Assembly (NCBI GenBank): GCA_038108555.1
Contig: JAYNIA010000002.1
Location: 45,000 to 108,999, forward strand
DNA from: Nitrospinota bacterium
GTDB lineage: Bacteria; Nitrospinota; Nitrospinia; Nitrospinales; VA-1
Reading direction: 5' to 3'
DNA length: 64,000 nucleotides
Shown: one piece after another, positions 16,586 to 25,042 of the stretch
Layout of the letters: every line of letters starts with the position of its first letter
Numbering within the stretch: position 1 is the stretch's first letter
Made by a program: the position numbers and the translations under genes
Notes under the pieces: model-generated
Told to the model about the DNA's origin: nothing
The model's database searches: none
The model's input: only the letters and a program-made list of their open reading frames with translations

Positions 16586-16831
16586 TTAGCACACTGCAGC
16601 AAATGAAGCCTTATCCGCATCCAATAAACGGGTTACCTCTTTAGCTTCTCTTAATTTCACAATTTTTCCATGATTCTTTAACCGGATTGAAGCACCCCCA
16701 CCACATTTATTCATACACTCAACCATGCAAACCTCTCCAGAGCCCGGCATCTTCTTTAATAAATTTGCCATTTTTTCTGATTTCCAGGCTTTGCATCCTG
16801 GGCCTTTGCAAATTTTTATTTTTTTTGTCAT
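16586..16831 (-). CDS. Thioredoxin-like [2Fe-2S] ferredoxin-type small protein
   Basis: 81 aa with Cys pattern C-x4-C (CKGPGC) ... C-x3-C (CMNKC), as in NuoE-like / thioredoxin-like 2Fe-2S ferredoxins. Confidence 0.6.
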   Translation of the reverse strand: MTKKIKICKGPGCKAWKSEKMANLLKKMPGSGEVCMVECMNKCGGGASIRLKNHGKIVKLREAKEVTRLLDADKASFAAVC

Positions 16832-16845
16832 GGAGAAAATCCTTA

Positions 16846-16862
16846 TTGATAACGAATATCAA
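16846..16862 (-). promoter_or_regulatory. Fur-box-like operator overlapping the -10 of the ferredoxin-like gene promoter
   Basis: TTGATAACGAATATCAA. On the minus strand: TTGACA (16889-16884), 17 nt, TATATT, with the box overlapping the -10. Confidence 0.7.
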
Positions 16863-17009
16863 TATAGTGTTTTTACCCTCTTTTGTCAACCCTGGATTCA
16901 AACTTTTTTTCAACGTTTTAATGCAATAAAAACAATAAGTTATACTAATTTTGTTTTTCAACCTTGTTTTTTATTTTAATTTTATTGTATATTTGCGCAA
17001 ATTTTGATT

Positions 17010-17026
17010 TTGATAACTGTTTTCAA
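17010..17026 (+). promoter_or_regulatory. Fur-box-like operator immediately upstream of fur (autoregulation candidate)
   Basis: TTGATAACTGTTTTCAA ends 9 nt before the fur ATG at 17036. No obvious SD lies between them. Confidence 0.6.
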
Positions 17027-17035
17027 AAACTAGCT

Positions 17036-17461
17036 ATGCTTAATGAATTTGATATATTCAAGGATTTCCTCCATCACTTGAATCTGCGCTGGACACCGCA
17101 AAGAAAACTGATTCTGGAAGTTTTCCTGCAATTGGAAGGCCACATTCCCATTGAGGATCTTCATAAAAGAGTCCATCAACAGGACCCGACGATTGGCATT
17201 GCAACTTTATATCGAACGATGAAGTTACTCGTAGACGCGGGTCTCGCGGATGTCCATACCTTCAATGAGAAGACCACTTACGAACGACTCTATAAAGTCA
17301 GGCATCATGATCACTTAATTTGTACTAACTGCGGAAAGATGGTCGAATTTGAACATCCTCTCATTGAGAAATATCAACTGGATGTTTGTGAGCGGCATGA
17401 CTTTACTTTAAAAAGCCATAGAATGGAATTGTTTGGAACTTGCAGAGAATGCCAAAAATAA
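17036..17461 (+). CDS. fur: Ferric uptake regulator family transcription factor
   Basis: LRWTPQRKLILEVF, winged-helix segment, HHDHLICTNCGKMVEF and GTCRECQ metal-site motifs. The TTG-extended ORF start at 16964 only adds a hydrophobic junk leader. Confidence 0.9.
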   Translation: MLNEFDIFKDFLHHLNLRWTPQRKLILEVFLQLEGHIPIEDLHKRVHQQDPTIGIATLYRTMKLLVDAGLADVHTFNEKTTYERLYKVRHHDHLICTNCGKMVEFEHPLIEKYQLDVCERHDFTLKSHRMELFGTCRECQK

Positions 17462-17500
17462 AAGCCCCTTTTCACTCATACAAAAAAGTAAAAAGGGGCT
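17462..17500. terminator. Bidirectional intrinsic terminator between convergent fur and bfr
   Basis: 10-bp stem AGCCCCTTTT / AAAAGGGGCT. The T-run (TTATTTTT) follows on the minus strand, which suits bfr; only TT follows on the plus strand. Confidence 0.7.
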
Positions 17501-17519
17501 TTAGAAAACTGCTGAATTT

Positions 17520-17999
17520 TTAATTATTGTCTTTACTCATATTTTCCATCATGTAGTTTTTGATGCCGATATCCTTGATGCGGTTGAATTGAGTTTCCAG
17601 CCAATCAACACTATCTTCAGTTTCTTGAAGAATTCCATCTAACATCTCTTTCGTTCCGAAATCATTTTTATCCATACAAGTTCTGATATGCTTTCGCAAA
17701 CGAGTTACATGGGCCAGCTCAATTTTATATTGATTCTTCAATTGAGCTTCCACCGTGTTGCCAACCAATACCGTATCGTACTTTTGCATATCAGGAGCTC
17801 CATCGAGAAAAATAATTCTCTCAATTAACTGATCTGCATGCTTCATTTCACCCATGGACTCTTCACGGGAATGACTGGCTATTTTTTCATAGCCCCAATC
17901 TTCCTGCATTTTGTAATGGATATAATAGATATTGATTGCGGTTAACTCAGCCATCAACACATCATTCAAGGCTTTGATTACTGCTTTATCGCCTTTCAT
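17520..17999 (-). CDS. bfr: Bacterioferritin
   Basis: MKGDKAVIKALNDVLMAELTAINIYYIHYKM...EESMGEMKHADQLIERIIFLDG is the classic Bfr N-terminus with di-iron ligands. SD is GGAGGT. Confidence 0.92.
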   Translation of the reverse strand: MKGDKAVIKALNDVLMAELTAINIYYIHYKMQEDWGYEKIASHSREESMGEMKHADQLIERIIFLDGAPDMQKYDTVLVGNTVEAQLKNQYKIELAHVTRLRKHIRTCMDKNDFGTKEMLDGILQETEDSVDWLETQFNRIKDIGIKNYMMENMSKDNN

Positions 18000-18107
18000 A
18001 TTTTTTATACCTCCAAAAAGATTTTTTTAATTCATTAACCTGTCCTACTTGACAATCTACCAGATCTCAAAATCCTGTCAACCCCTTTATTTATAAATAC
18101 TTACGGG

Positions 18108-18135
18108 TGATAACTACATTGAGAACCGATATCAA
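18108..18135 (-). promoter_or_regulatory. Extended Fur-box-like array upstream of the bfr promoter
   Basis: TGATAACTACATTGAGAACCGATATCAA contains the 17-mer TTGAGAACCGATATCAA (18119-18135). It lies 37 nt upstream of the candidate -35 TTGACA (18081-18076, minus strand). Confidence 0.55.
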
Positions 18136-18233
18136 TTTAATGCAAATTGGAAAAATTGGATGGTGCACTTCTGCTAAAGGAAGCTTAATTATAGGGAGAG
18201 AAGAGACAGGTCTTTTTACAGAAAAAAATTAAA

Positions 18234-18248
18234 TGATAAGTGTTATCA
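18234..18248 (-). promoter_or_regulatory. Fur-box-like 7-1-7 palindrome between map and bfr
   Basis: TGATAAG-T-GTTATCA, close to the classical TGATAAT-N-ATTATCA form. Confidence 0.5.
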
Positions 18249-18272
18249 AAAATAACTGCTGGAAAGTAAAAA

Positions 18273-19037
18273 TTAAAATTGGGTTCTACCATCCAGACGG
18301 GTCATCACATCGACCCCGGTATCGGTAACACAGAGGGTGTGTTCGAACTGGGCAGAGATTTCGCCATCTTTTGTAACAGCGGTCCATTTATCGGATAGGA
18401 TTTTTAGATCGGGTTTACCCAGATTCACCATCGGTTCAATGGTGAACACCATCCCCTTCTTTATCTCTAATCCTTCCCCAAAATTTCCATAGTGAAGGAT
18501 TTGCGGTTCTTCGTGAAAGTTACTTCCGATTCCATGCCCGCAAAACTCCCGGACAATCGAATAGCCATGGCCTTCTGCAAAGTTTTGAATGGTGGCTCCA
18601 ATATCTCCCAGCCTGGCACCAGGTTTAACCACTTCTATTCCACGCTGCAATGCTTCTTTGCATACCTCCACCAGTTTTTCCGCCTTTTTTCTCGGAGATC
18701 CAACGAAAAAGGTGCGGCTGGTATCGCCATGAAAACCGTGTAAATAGGTGGTGATGTCCAGATTGACAATGTCCCCATTTCGCAGTTTTCTATCGGAAGG
18801 AATGCCATGGCAAATTTCCTCATTGACCGATGAACAAATACTTTTCGGGAATCCACGGTAATTTAAGGGGGAAGGAATAGCCCCTTTGGCAACAATATAG
18901 TCGTGGCAAATCTGGTTCAACCTGTCGGTTGTCACTCCAGGTTTCACATAGGGTTCGATCATCAATAGAACCTCTGCCGCCAGTTGGCAGGATTCCCTCA
19001 TTTTTTCTATTTCTTCCTCGGTTTTATAATGAATCAT
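18273..19037 (-). CDS. map: Type I methionine aminopeptidase
   Basis: 254 aa. Conserved motifs CHGIP, DIVNLDIT, GFHGDTS, FCGHGIG, FTIEPM, QFEHT. Confidence 0.95.
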   Translation of the reverse strand: MIHYKTEEEIEKMRESCQLAAEVLLMIEPYVKPGVTTDRLNQICHDYIVAKGAIPSPLNYRGFPKSICSSVNEEICHGIPSDRKLRNGDIVNLDITTYLHGFHGDTSRTFFVGSPRKKAEKLVEVCKEALQRGIEVVKPGARLGDIGATIQNFAEGHGYSIVREFCGHGIGSNFHEEPQILHYGNFGEGLEIKKGMVFTIEPMVNLGKPDLKILSDKWTAVTKDGEISAQFEHTLCVTDTGVDVMTRLDGRTQF

Positions 19038-19932
19038 GCGGATAAATGAATTCTTTAATGGATTGCTTCTTGTCGCGCCAGTTGGGTTTAACCTTTACAA
19101 AAAGTTTTAGATACACTTGAGCTCCCAAACGTTTCTCAATTTCTTTTCTGGATATCCTCCCTATGGACTTAAGCATATTCCCCCCCTGCCCTATCAATAT
19201 TTTTTTCTGTGAATCTTTTTCTGTATAAAGGGTGCCATGGATTTTTACCACACCGTTGGCCTGTTCTTCCATATTTTCTACCACAACAGCTACGGAATGA
19301 GGCACTTCAAACCGGGTCAGGCTCAAAACTTTTTCCCGAATAATCTCCTCCAGCAAAAAGCTTTCGGTGCAATCGGTCACCATATCTTTTGGGAAATACT
19401 CAGGCCCTTCAGGCAAATACTTCACAATTAGATTTTTTAGCGGTTTCATTCCGTCATCTTTCAACGCAGAAACCGGTATGATTTCCTTAAAAACAGCTCT
19501 TCCATCAGCCTCAGCCATTAACGAAAGAAGCTTTGGCTTTTCTACCAGATCGATCTTATTAATGACCAGAATTTTGGGAACGGAAGTATTCTCCATTGAT
19601 TTTAGAACAAACTCATCTTCTTGCATAAACCCGTCGACTGCATCAATCAAAACCAAAATCAAATCGACATCGTCATAGGTGCTTATCGAGGTCTGCACCA
19701 TTAATTCGTTTAACGTCCTTGTTGTGGCATGGATACCTGGAGTATCCACCAAGATTATTTGGGCATCCTCCAGATGGACCACCCCTGTAATTTTATTTCG
19801 GGTAGTCTGCGGACGGTTGGATGTTGCTGCCACCTTTTGGGCAACCAAACGGTTCAACAGGGTGGATTTTCCAACATTGGGACGACCAATGATGCTGGCA
19901 TAACCTGATTTGAAAGTAACGGGATGACTCAC
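19024..19932 (-). CDS. era: GTPase Era
   Basis: FKSGYASIIGRPNVGKSTLLN (G1), DTPG, NKID, C-terminal KH domain. I prefer GTG at 19932, giving about 302 aa typical of Era and leaving room for the divergent hemW promoter. The ORF extends to 20100. Confidence 0.88.
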   Translation of the reverse strand: MSHPVTFKSGYASIIGRPNVGKSTLLNRLVAQKVAATSNRPQTTRNKITGVVHLEDAQIILVDTPGIHATTRTLNELMVQTSISTYDDVDLILVLIDAVDGFMQEDEFVLKSMENTSVPKILVINKIDLVEKPKLLSLMAEADGRAVFKEIIPVSALKDDGMKPLKNLIVKYLPEGPEYFPKDMVTDCTESFLLEEIIREKVLSLTRFEVPHSVAVVVENMEEQANGVVKIHGTLYTEKDSQKKILIGQGGNMLKSIGRISRKEIEKRLGAQVYLKLFVKVKPNWRDKKQSIKEFIYPHDSL

Positions 19933-20028
19933 AAGCAATGGATGAAAAAGAATTTTTTCACAAAAACGGGTTTCCTGTGTAAGATTGAATTCTGTTATCG
20001 GGACAATATTTTCTTCTAAGATTTTACC

Positions 20029-21162
20029 ATGAACCTGGGAATATACCTCCACATTCCATATTGCCTGCATAAATGTGGCTATTGCGATTTTAACTCTCAC
20101 CCCGAAAATCGGGAAGAATCTGTCCCTTATGTAGAAGCTTTATTAAAGGAATTGAGGGCCTACTCTCCCTCGCTTAAAAACTATACCGTCCCAACCGTTT
20201 TTATGGGAGGGGGGACACCCACGATACTTTCTCCCCAACAATTAAAACAGATTCTGGAAACCGTTCAGGATTATTTTAATTTAGATTCTGATTGCGAAAT
20301 CACAATTGAAGCGAATCCAGCAACCATCAAACTAGACACTTTACAGGAAATTCGTTCGGCCGGATATAACCGTATCAGCATTGGCGTTCAATCCTTTGAT
20401 GAAAAAGAACTGCAATTACTTGAACGGGTGCATAACGAAGAAGAAATCCATTCAACAGTGGAACGGGCCCGGTTAGCCCAATTCAAAAACCTTTCCCTGG
20501 ATCTTATGTTTGCCTTGCCGGGTCAAACAACAGAAAAATGGCTTTCCAATCTCGAACAGACCATTAACAAAAACCCGGACCACCTTTCGACCTATAATCT
20601 TACGATTGAACCTGCCACCGCATTTTTCAAACTCCATGAAAGAGGTAAATTATGCCTGCCTCCAGAAGATACTCAACTGGAAATGTACGAAACTTCTATT
20701 CAAACTCTTGAAGAGGCGGGTTACCTGCAATACGAAATTTCAAATTTTTCCAAACCTGGAAGAGAGTCCAAACACAACATTAATTACTGGAACAATGGAG
20801 AGTATCTTGGAGTGGGCGCGGGAGCCTCGTCCTACCTGAATGGTGAAAGGTTCACCAACACCAAACTACCTTCAGTTTATATTCGCGAAATTGAAGCAAA
20901 TGAAAATGCGATTGCAACTCGGGAGCGATTGGAACCCATTCGGGCGATGGGTGAAACTCTTATGCTGGGACTCAGGCTTCTCAAAGGGGTTTCTATAGAT
21001 ATATTCGAAAAACGTTTTCAGGTCTCTTTCCAAAAAGTGTATGGCAACGTCATCGAGTCATTACTCTCTCAAGAGCTCATCACCTTCAATCAAAACCGTG
21101 TGGCCTTATCCAAAAAAGGATTATTTTTGGCCGACTCGGTTATCCTCCGGTTCATGGCGTAG
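20029..21162 (+). CDS. hemW: Radical SAM haem chaperone HemW (HemN-like)
   Basis: LYLHIPYCLHKCGYCDFNS (CxxxCxxC), GGGTPT, HemN_C-like tail. Confidence 0.9.
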   Translation: MNLGIYLHIPYCLHKCGYCDFNSHPENREESVPYVEALLKELRAYSPSLKNYTVPTVFMGGGTPTILSPQQLKQILETVQDYFNLDSDCEITIEANPATIKLDTLQEIRSAGYNRISIGVQSFDEKELQLLERVHNEEEIHSTVERARLAQFKNLSLDLMFALPGQTTEKWLSNLEQTINKNPDHLSTYNLTIEPATAFFKLHERGKLCLPPEDTQLEMYETSIQTLEEAGYLQYEISNFSKPGRESKHNINYWNNGEYLGVGAGASSYLNGERFTNTKLPSVYIREIEANENAIATRERLEPIRAMGETLMLGLRLLKGVSIDIFEKRFQVSFQKVYGNVIESLLSQELITFNQNRVALSKKGLFLADSVILRFMA

Positions 21163-21165
21163 ATT

Positions 21166-21948
21166 ATGAGTACCGAATTCAAAAAACTGATTGAAATTGT
21201 GGACACTCTGATGGGAGAAAACGGCTGCCCCTGGGATAAGGTGCAAACCCGGGATTCCCTAAAGCCCTACCTGGTAGAGGAGACATACGAAACCCTAGAA
21301 GCGTTGGACGGCAATGATCCCGAGCAGATCAAGGAAGAGTTGGGTGACTTGCTTTACCAGATTTTGTTCCACGCAAAAATTTCCGAAAATAAAAAAGAAT
21401 TCAATATCACAGATGTCATTAATTCCATCAGCGAAAAAATGGTTCACCGGCACCCTCACGTCTTCAAAGAGAAAAACCTTGAAACCCCTGATGAAGTTGT
21501 AACTCAATGGGAAGAGATCAAAAGCAGGGAAAAAGGGAAAAAGGACCGGGAGTCAGTGCTGGACGGTATTCCCTCTCACCTGCCAAGTTTGTTGCGTTCG
21601 CAAAAACTCCAGAAAAAAGCAGCTAAGCATGGATTCGATTGGGACAAAATCGACTCGGTCTTCGAGAAACTTGACGAAGAGATCGCCGAGTTTAAAGAGG
21701 CCATTCTTTCAGGAAAAGAAAAAGACATCACAGAAGAGCTGGGGGATATTCTTTTCGTCCTGGTCAATATCGCCAAATTCAAAAAAATCGATGCCGAAGA
21801 AGCGTTACGCACCACCAACAACAAATTTATAAAGCGATTTCAGCATATTGAAACCGAAGTCGCCAAACGCGGCAAAACTCTAAAAGAAACTCCCCTCAAA
21901 GAACTCGAACAATACTGGCAGGATGCCAAGCGGCCAAACGGCCCCTAA
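21166..21948 (+). CDS. mazG: Nucleoside triphosphate pyrophosphohydrolase MazG
   Basis: GCPWDKVQT...EETYETLEA...EELGDLLYQILFH, with a second EEL GD repeat module (EELGDILFVLVNIA). Confidence 0.9.
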   Translation: MSTEFKKLIEIVDTLMGENGCPWDKVQTRDSLKPYLVEETYETLEALDGNDPEQIKEELGDLLYQILFHAKISENKKEFNITDVINSISEKMVHRHPHVFKEKNLETPDEVVTQWEEIKSREKGKKDRESVLDGIPSHLPSLLRSQKLQKKAAKHGFDWDKIDSVFEKLDEEIAEFKEAILSGKEKDITEELGDILFVLVNIAKFKKIDAEEALRTTNNKFIKRFQHIETEVAKRGKTLKETPLKELEQYWQDAKRPNGP

Positions 21949-21992
21949 TAATGACTCCTCAACTGAATGATCTAAAAAAATAGGTCGAAATT

Positions 21993-22057
21993 GTGAGCAA
22001 AGCGAAGCAATCCAGAAAACCTGGATCGCCGCACTCCCTACGGTCGTTCGCGATGAC
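21993..22057. repeat. Dispersed short repeat, copy 1 (single unit plus conserved tail)
   Basis: CTGGATCGCCGCACTCCCTACGGTCGTTCGCGATGAC (22021-22057) matches the last unit plus tail of the 59455-59529 element at 34 of 37 positions by hand alignment. It is preceded by a partially complementary arm GCGAAGCAATCCAG. Confidence 0.75.
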
Positions 22058-22099
22058 AATTTTTTGCAGCAGGGATTTTGTTTTGAGGTGATGCAGCCA

Positions 22100-23020
22100 T
22101 CAGGATGGGTTTAACGCCTTATCAATTTCAATATTGATCTCAGTTAAAATCACGTCCGGGTTCACATTGTGCATACTTGCGGTCTGTTCGACCGTTTCGA
22201 AGGCCTGCCCGGGACAAGAAAAACAACCTTCTCCATAATGCTTTTCAAAGATTTTTTTTGTTGCCGGATAAACCTTTATCAGACTTCCCACCCAAGTGTC
22301 TGCCCGACATTTTTCTCCATGACTGATTTCCCTTCCGGGATTGGAATATTCATTTTTTGAAGGTGGAGAGTCTTGAGAAGCAGATGTTTGTCCTTCCTTG
22401 ACAAGTTCTACGTTTAGTTTCTCTAAAAAAACATTTACATCCACCCCATGCTTTGCGCAGGCTTTTTCAATGCTCACCACCTTGGCGAAAGTATTTCGGG
22501 CTGCAGGATTCGCCAAAGACTGGAATCCACTCTCCAGAAACAGGGATAGTGCTTTTGGAAAATGGTCCAACACATCCGCAACTTTCAAATCTCCGGTAAT
22601 TTTCTCAGGCTTGGGAATTTCCGCAGGAGCCAACAAAACAAAAAACAAGTTATAAAACATGATTGCAAACGCCAAAGCGGCCAGGATTGCAAAAACCACA
22701 AATGCAGCGTGTGCCATTCCACCGCGCCAGCCTCCCAATGCATAAAGGGTTATCATTCCTAACAACCCCGTGTTTTGTAATATGAATTGATATTTCATTC
22801 CTTCGGGCCAGGGAAGTTTTCTAGCGCTGAAACGGGGTAAAACATGAAAAGCAACACCCGCAATCATCATAGTCATAAACCCAAGCAGGTTTATATGGAT
22901 ATGAACAAAGCGGAATCGGAAGGAAAGGGAAGGATCAACGGCCAGGGTAACTCCCAGCAGGGCACCCAGCAAAGCATAGATTAATCCGGCCTTAATAAAT
23001 AATCGAGGGTAATTGTCCAT
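22100..23020 (-). CDS. Membrane protein with His-rich 4-5 TM N-domain and two C-terminal DUF1858 / redox-disulfide-type domains
   Basis: N-terminal TM block with FVHIHINLLGFMTMMIAGVAFHVLPRF. The C-terminal half has ADVLDHFPKALSLFLESGF and VGSLIKVYPATKKIFEKHYGEGCFSCPGQAFETVEQTA (CxxC), resembling DUF1858 / ScdA_N. Confidence 0.6.
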   Translation of the reverse strand: MDNYPRLFIKAGLIYALLGALLGVTLAVDPSLSFRFRFVHIHINLLGFMTMMIAGVAFHVLPRFSARKLPWPEGMKYQFILQNTGLLGMITLYALGGWRGGMAHAAFVVFAILAALAFAIMFYNLFFVLLAPAEIPKPEKITGDLKVADVLDHFPKALSLFLESGFQSLANPAARNTFAKVVSIEKACAKHGVDVNVFLEKLNVELVKEGQTSASQDSPPSKNEYSNPGREISHGEKCRADTWVGSLIKVYPATKKIFEKHYGEGCFSCPGQAFETVEQTASMHNVNPDVILTEINIEIDKALNPS

Positions 23021-23067
23021 TTTAGTTAGATATTAAATTAATAAAAATATTCCATGGTTATTAAAAA

Positions 23068-24204
23068 CTAATTTATTGGATAAGCCCTTCCCCGCCATTG
23101 GGTCTTTCTTCGTACAAGTGCATGGAACATTGAATTTGCCATTATAGCTGCCATTATCACCGCCCCCAAGGGGAATAAGGCTGCCGTATTTCTATTTAAT
23201 CCTAATTCATCGCATGTTTTGTATCCTGCGGCAGAAACCATAATCACTCCAGCAACTGACAAACCAATCCAGACCCAACCGGTTTGCTGAAAAATATTTA
23301 TTGCCAAAATAATGTAAGGAGTGAGCAAAAATCCAAGCACTACACAAACATGGTGGATGGCTTTGGCTACAGACCGCTTCATAGCCAGAAACATATTTTT
23401 TTCCCAGCCCAACCAGATTTCTTTCAACCCATAATACATCCTGATAGAAAATAATTGCTTTGCATCGGCAACGAGCAATTTGAGTCCTGCCTTTTTGGCC
23501 CGTTTAGCGATCAATACATCTTCCAGAACATCTGCCCTCCCAGCTTCATGGCCGCCAATTTTTTCGTACGCCTCGCGTCGGAACATCAGAAATGCCCCAA
23601 ACCCCATAGCGCTTTTATGTTCGGGATCATTAACATTTTTAAATCGTGTTAATGAAGCGATGAACCCAAAAATAACGGGCTGGACCGCGCGCTCCCAAAA
23701 TGAGCCAAATTCTGCCTGGGGCATTAAGGTCAACACATCCAGTTCCCTTTCACGCATGGTATGCAACGCGGTATTAAGTGCTGAAGGTTTGAAAACCGGA
23801 TCAGCATCTGTAAAAAGCAAATATTCCCCTTGAGCAATTTTAAAAGCCTGATGCAACGCAAAAGGTTTTCCCAACCATCCCTCCGGCAAATCTTCTCCTT
23901 CAATCACTTTAAGATGGGAATTTTTTTCAGCAAGGTCGTGCATGATTGTTCCTGTGCGGTCGGTTGAATGGTCATTCACTGCAATAATCTCGAAATTGGG
24001 GTAATCTTGCATTAGCAAGGACTGCAAGCAAGCACCAATACCCCTTTCTTCATTTCGAGCAGGAACACAAACAGAAATTTTTGGTGGATCAATTATTGGC
24101 TTTGACACTGGCTGAAGCCGTACCAGATACACCATGTTTGCTGTTAAGTAAATGATGACAGCAACAATCAATATTTGTTGAAAAAGGGTTAAAATTTCTA
24201 ACAA
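23068..24204 (-). CDS. Family 2 glycosyltransferase with C-terminal TM helices
   Basis: ISVCVPARNEE...IIAVNDHSTD...LFTDADPVF (GT2 DxD region), followed by hydrophobic helices. TTG start. Confidence 0.8.
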   Translation of the reverse strand: MLEILTLFQQILIVAVIIYLTANMVYLVRLQPVSKPIIDPPKISVCVPARNEERGIGACLQSLLMQDYPNFEIIAVNDHSTDRTGTIMHDLAEKNSHLKVIEGEDLPEGWLGKPFALHQAFKIAQGEYLLFTDADPVFKPSALNTALHTMRERELDVLTLMPQAEFGSFWERAVQPVIFGFIASLTRFKNVNDPEHKSAMGFGAFLMFRREAYEKIGGHEAGRADVLEDVLIAKRAKKAGLKLLVADAKQLFSIRMYYGLKEIWLGWEKNMFLAMKRSVAKAIHHVCVVLGFLLTPYIILAINIFQQTGWVWIGLSVAGVIMVSAAGYKTCDELGLNRNTAALFPLGAVIMAAIMANSMFHALVRRKTQWRGRAYPIN

Positions 24205-24364
24205 TGTTAAGTTCTATTCCTAAAATAATTTGAGTCGTTGTTTTTATCCCCATTAAAAAAGAAAAAAAAGAGGATGCATTTAGAATAATTTGTTATCCTT
24301 ATTAAAGAAACAAAATCTGTTTTTTCCTACTAGTTTTTAAATCGTTCCAAATCCCCTTTTTACC

Positions 24365-24829
24365 ATGTTCAAAATGAAATTTCGTTTCCTTGTATCCCTG
24401 TTTATTCTAATCCCTTTAGTTTGCGGTTCCACTCCCAAAAATTCCGAAGCTTTATGCATTAAAAATGAAAGAGCAAATTTAAGAAAAGGTCCGGGAACCA
24501 ACCATGAAAAGTTATGGGAAGTTTTCAAATACATGCCTTTCAAGCAACTGGGAAGCAAAGGTGCATGGAAACGCATACAAGATGTGGATGGAGATATTTA
24601 TTGGGTCCATGGACCGCTCACCACCCAAAAATACAAATGTGCTGTTATCAAAAATAATAAAACCAACCTGAGAACGGGGCCCGGCACAAACTTTCCTATA
24701 GTTCCGTGGGCTCCTGTGGACAAATTTTTCTCCATGAAAGTCCTTAAAATTGAGAAAAACTGGGTTCATATTGAGGACAGCGCAGGCGATAAAGCATGGA
24801 TTTATCGTCCTCTGGTTTGGATTCAGTAG
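24365..24829 (+). CDS. Secreted protein with two bacterial SH3 domains
   Basis: Signal peptide, then two repeats of ANLRKGPGTNHEKLWEV...W.RI.D.DGD.YWV type (LRKGPGTN / LRTGPGTN). Confidence 0.7.
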   Translation: MFKMKFRFLVSLFILIPLVCGSTPKNSEALCIKNERANLRKGPGTNHEKLWEVFKYMPFKQLGSKGAWKRIQDVDGDIYWVHGPLTTQKYKCAVIKNNKTNLRTGPGTNFPIVPWAPVDKFFSMKVLKIEKNWVHIEDSAGDKAWIYRPLVWIQ

Positions 24830-25042
24830 GTCAAAGCCCACATAGCAAAAAATATCAATTACCTACCAATATTTTTCACTTTTTTCCTTACCTCATGCAG
24901 GGACAGATTTCACTTTCTTAATGCCCCACTTTCAAAAAAATCCTTTATTTTGAAATTGAGGCAGATAATAATTAGGATATAAATTTTATTTTTAAGGATT
25001 CGTCCTTTTACCCCATTTAGAAGTTTTTTACAGGAGATCATC

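Noticed and set aside
16964-17035. TTG-initiated extension of fur (MFFILILLYICANFDFDNCFQKLA...)
   Set aside because: The extension is AT-rich-derived hydrophobic junk that contains the fur operator itself. Fur homology begins at the ATG at 17036.
19933-20100. Long N-terminal extension of era (ORF track start at 20100)
   Set aside because: It would add 56 residues with no Era homology, overlap the divergent hemW start at 20029, and consume its promoter. GTG at 19932 or TTG at 19938 gives a normal-length Era. None of the candidate starts has a clear SD, so the exact start remains uncertain.
24964-24979. GATAATAATTAGGATA upstream of the aldehyde dehydrogenase as another Fur box
   Set aside because: Only one half-site resembles the motif, and it lacks the TTGA...TCAA ends shared by the eight stronger sites.
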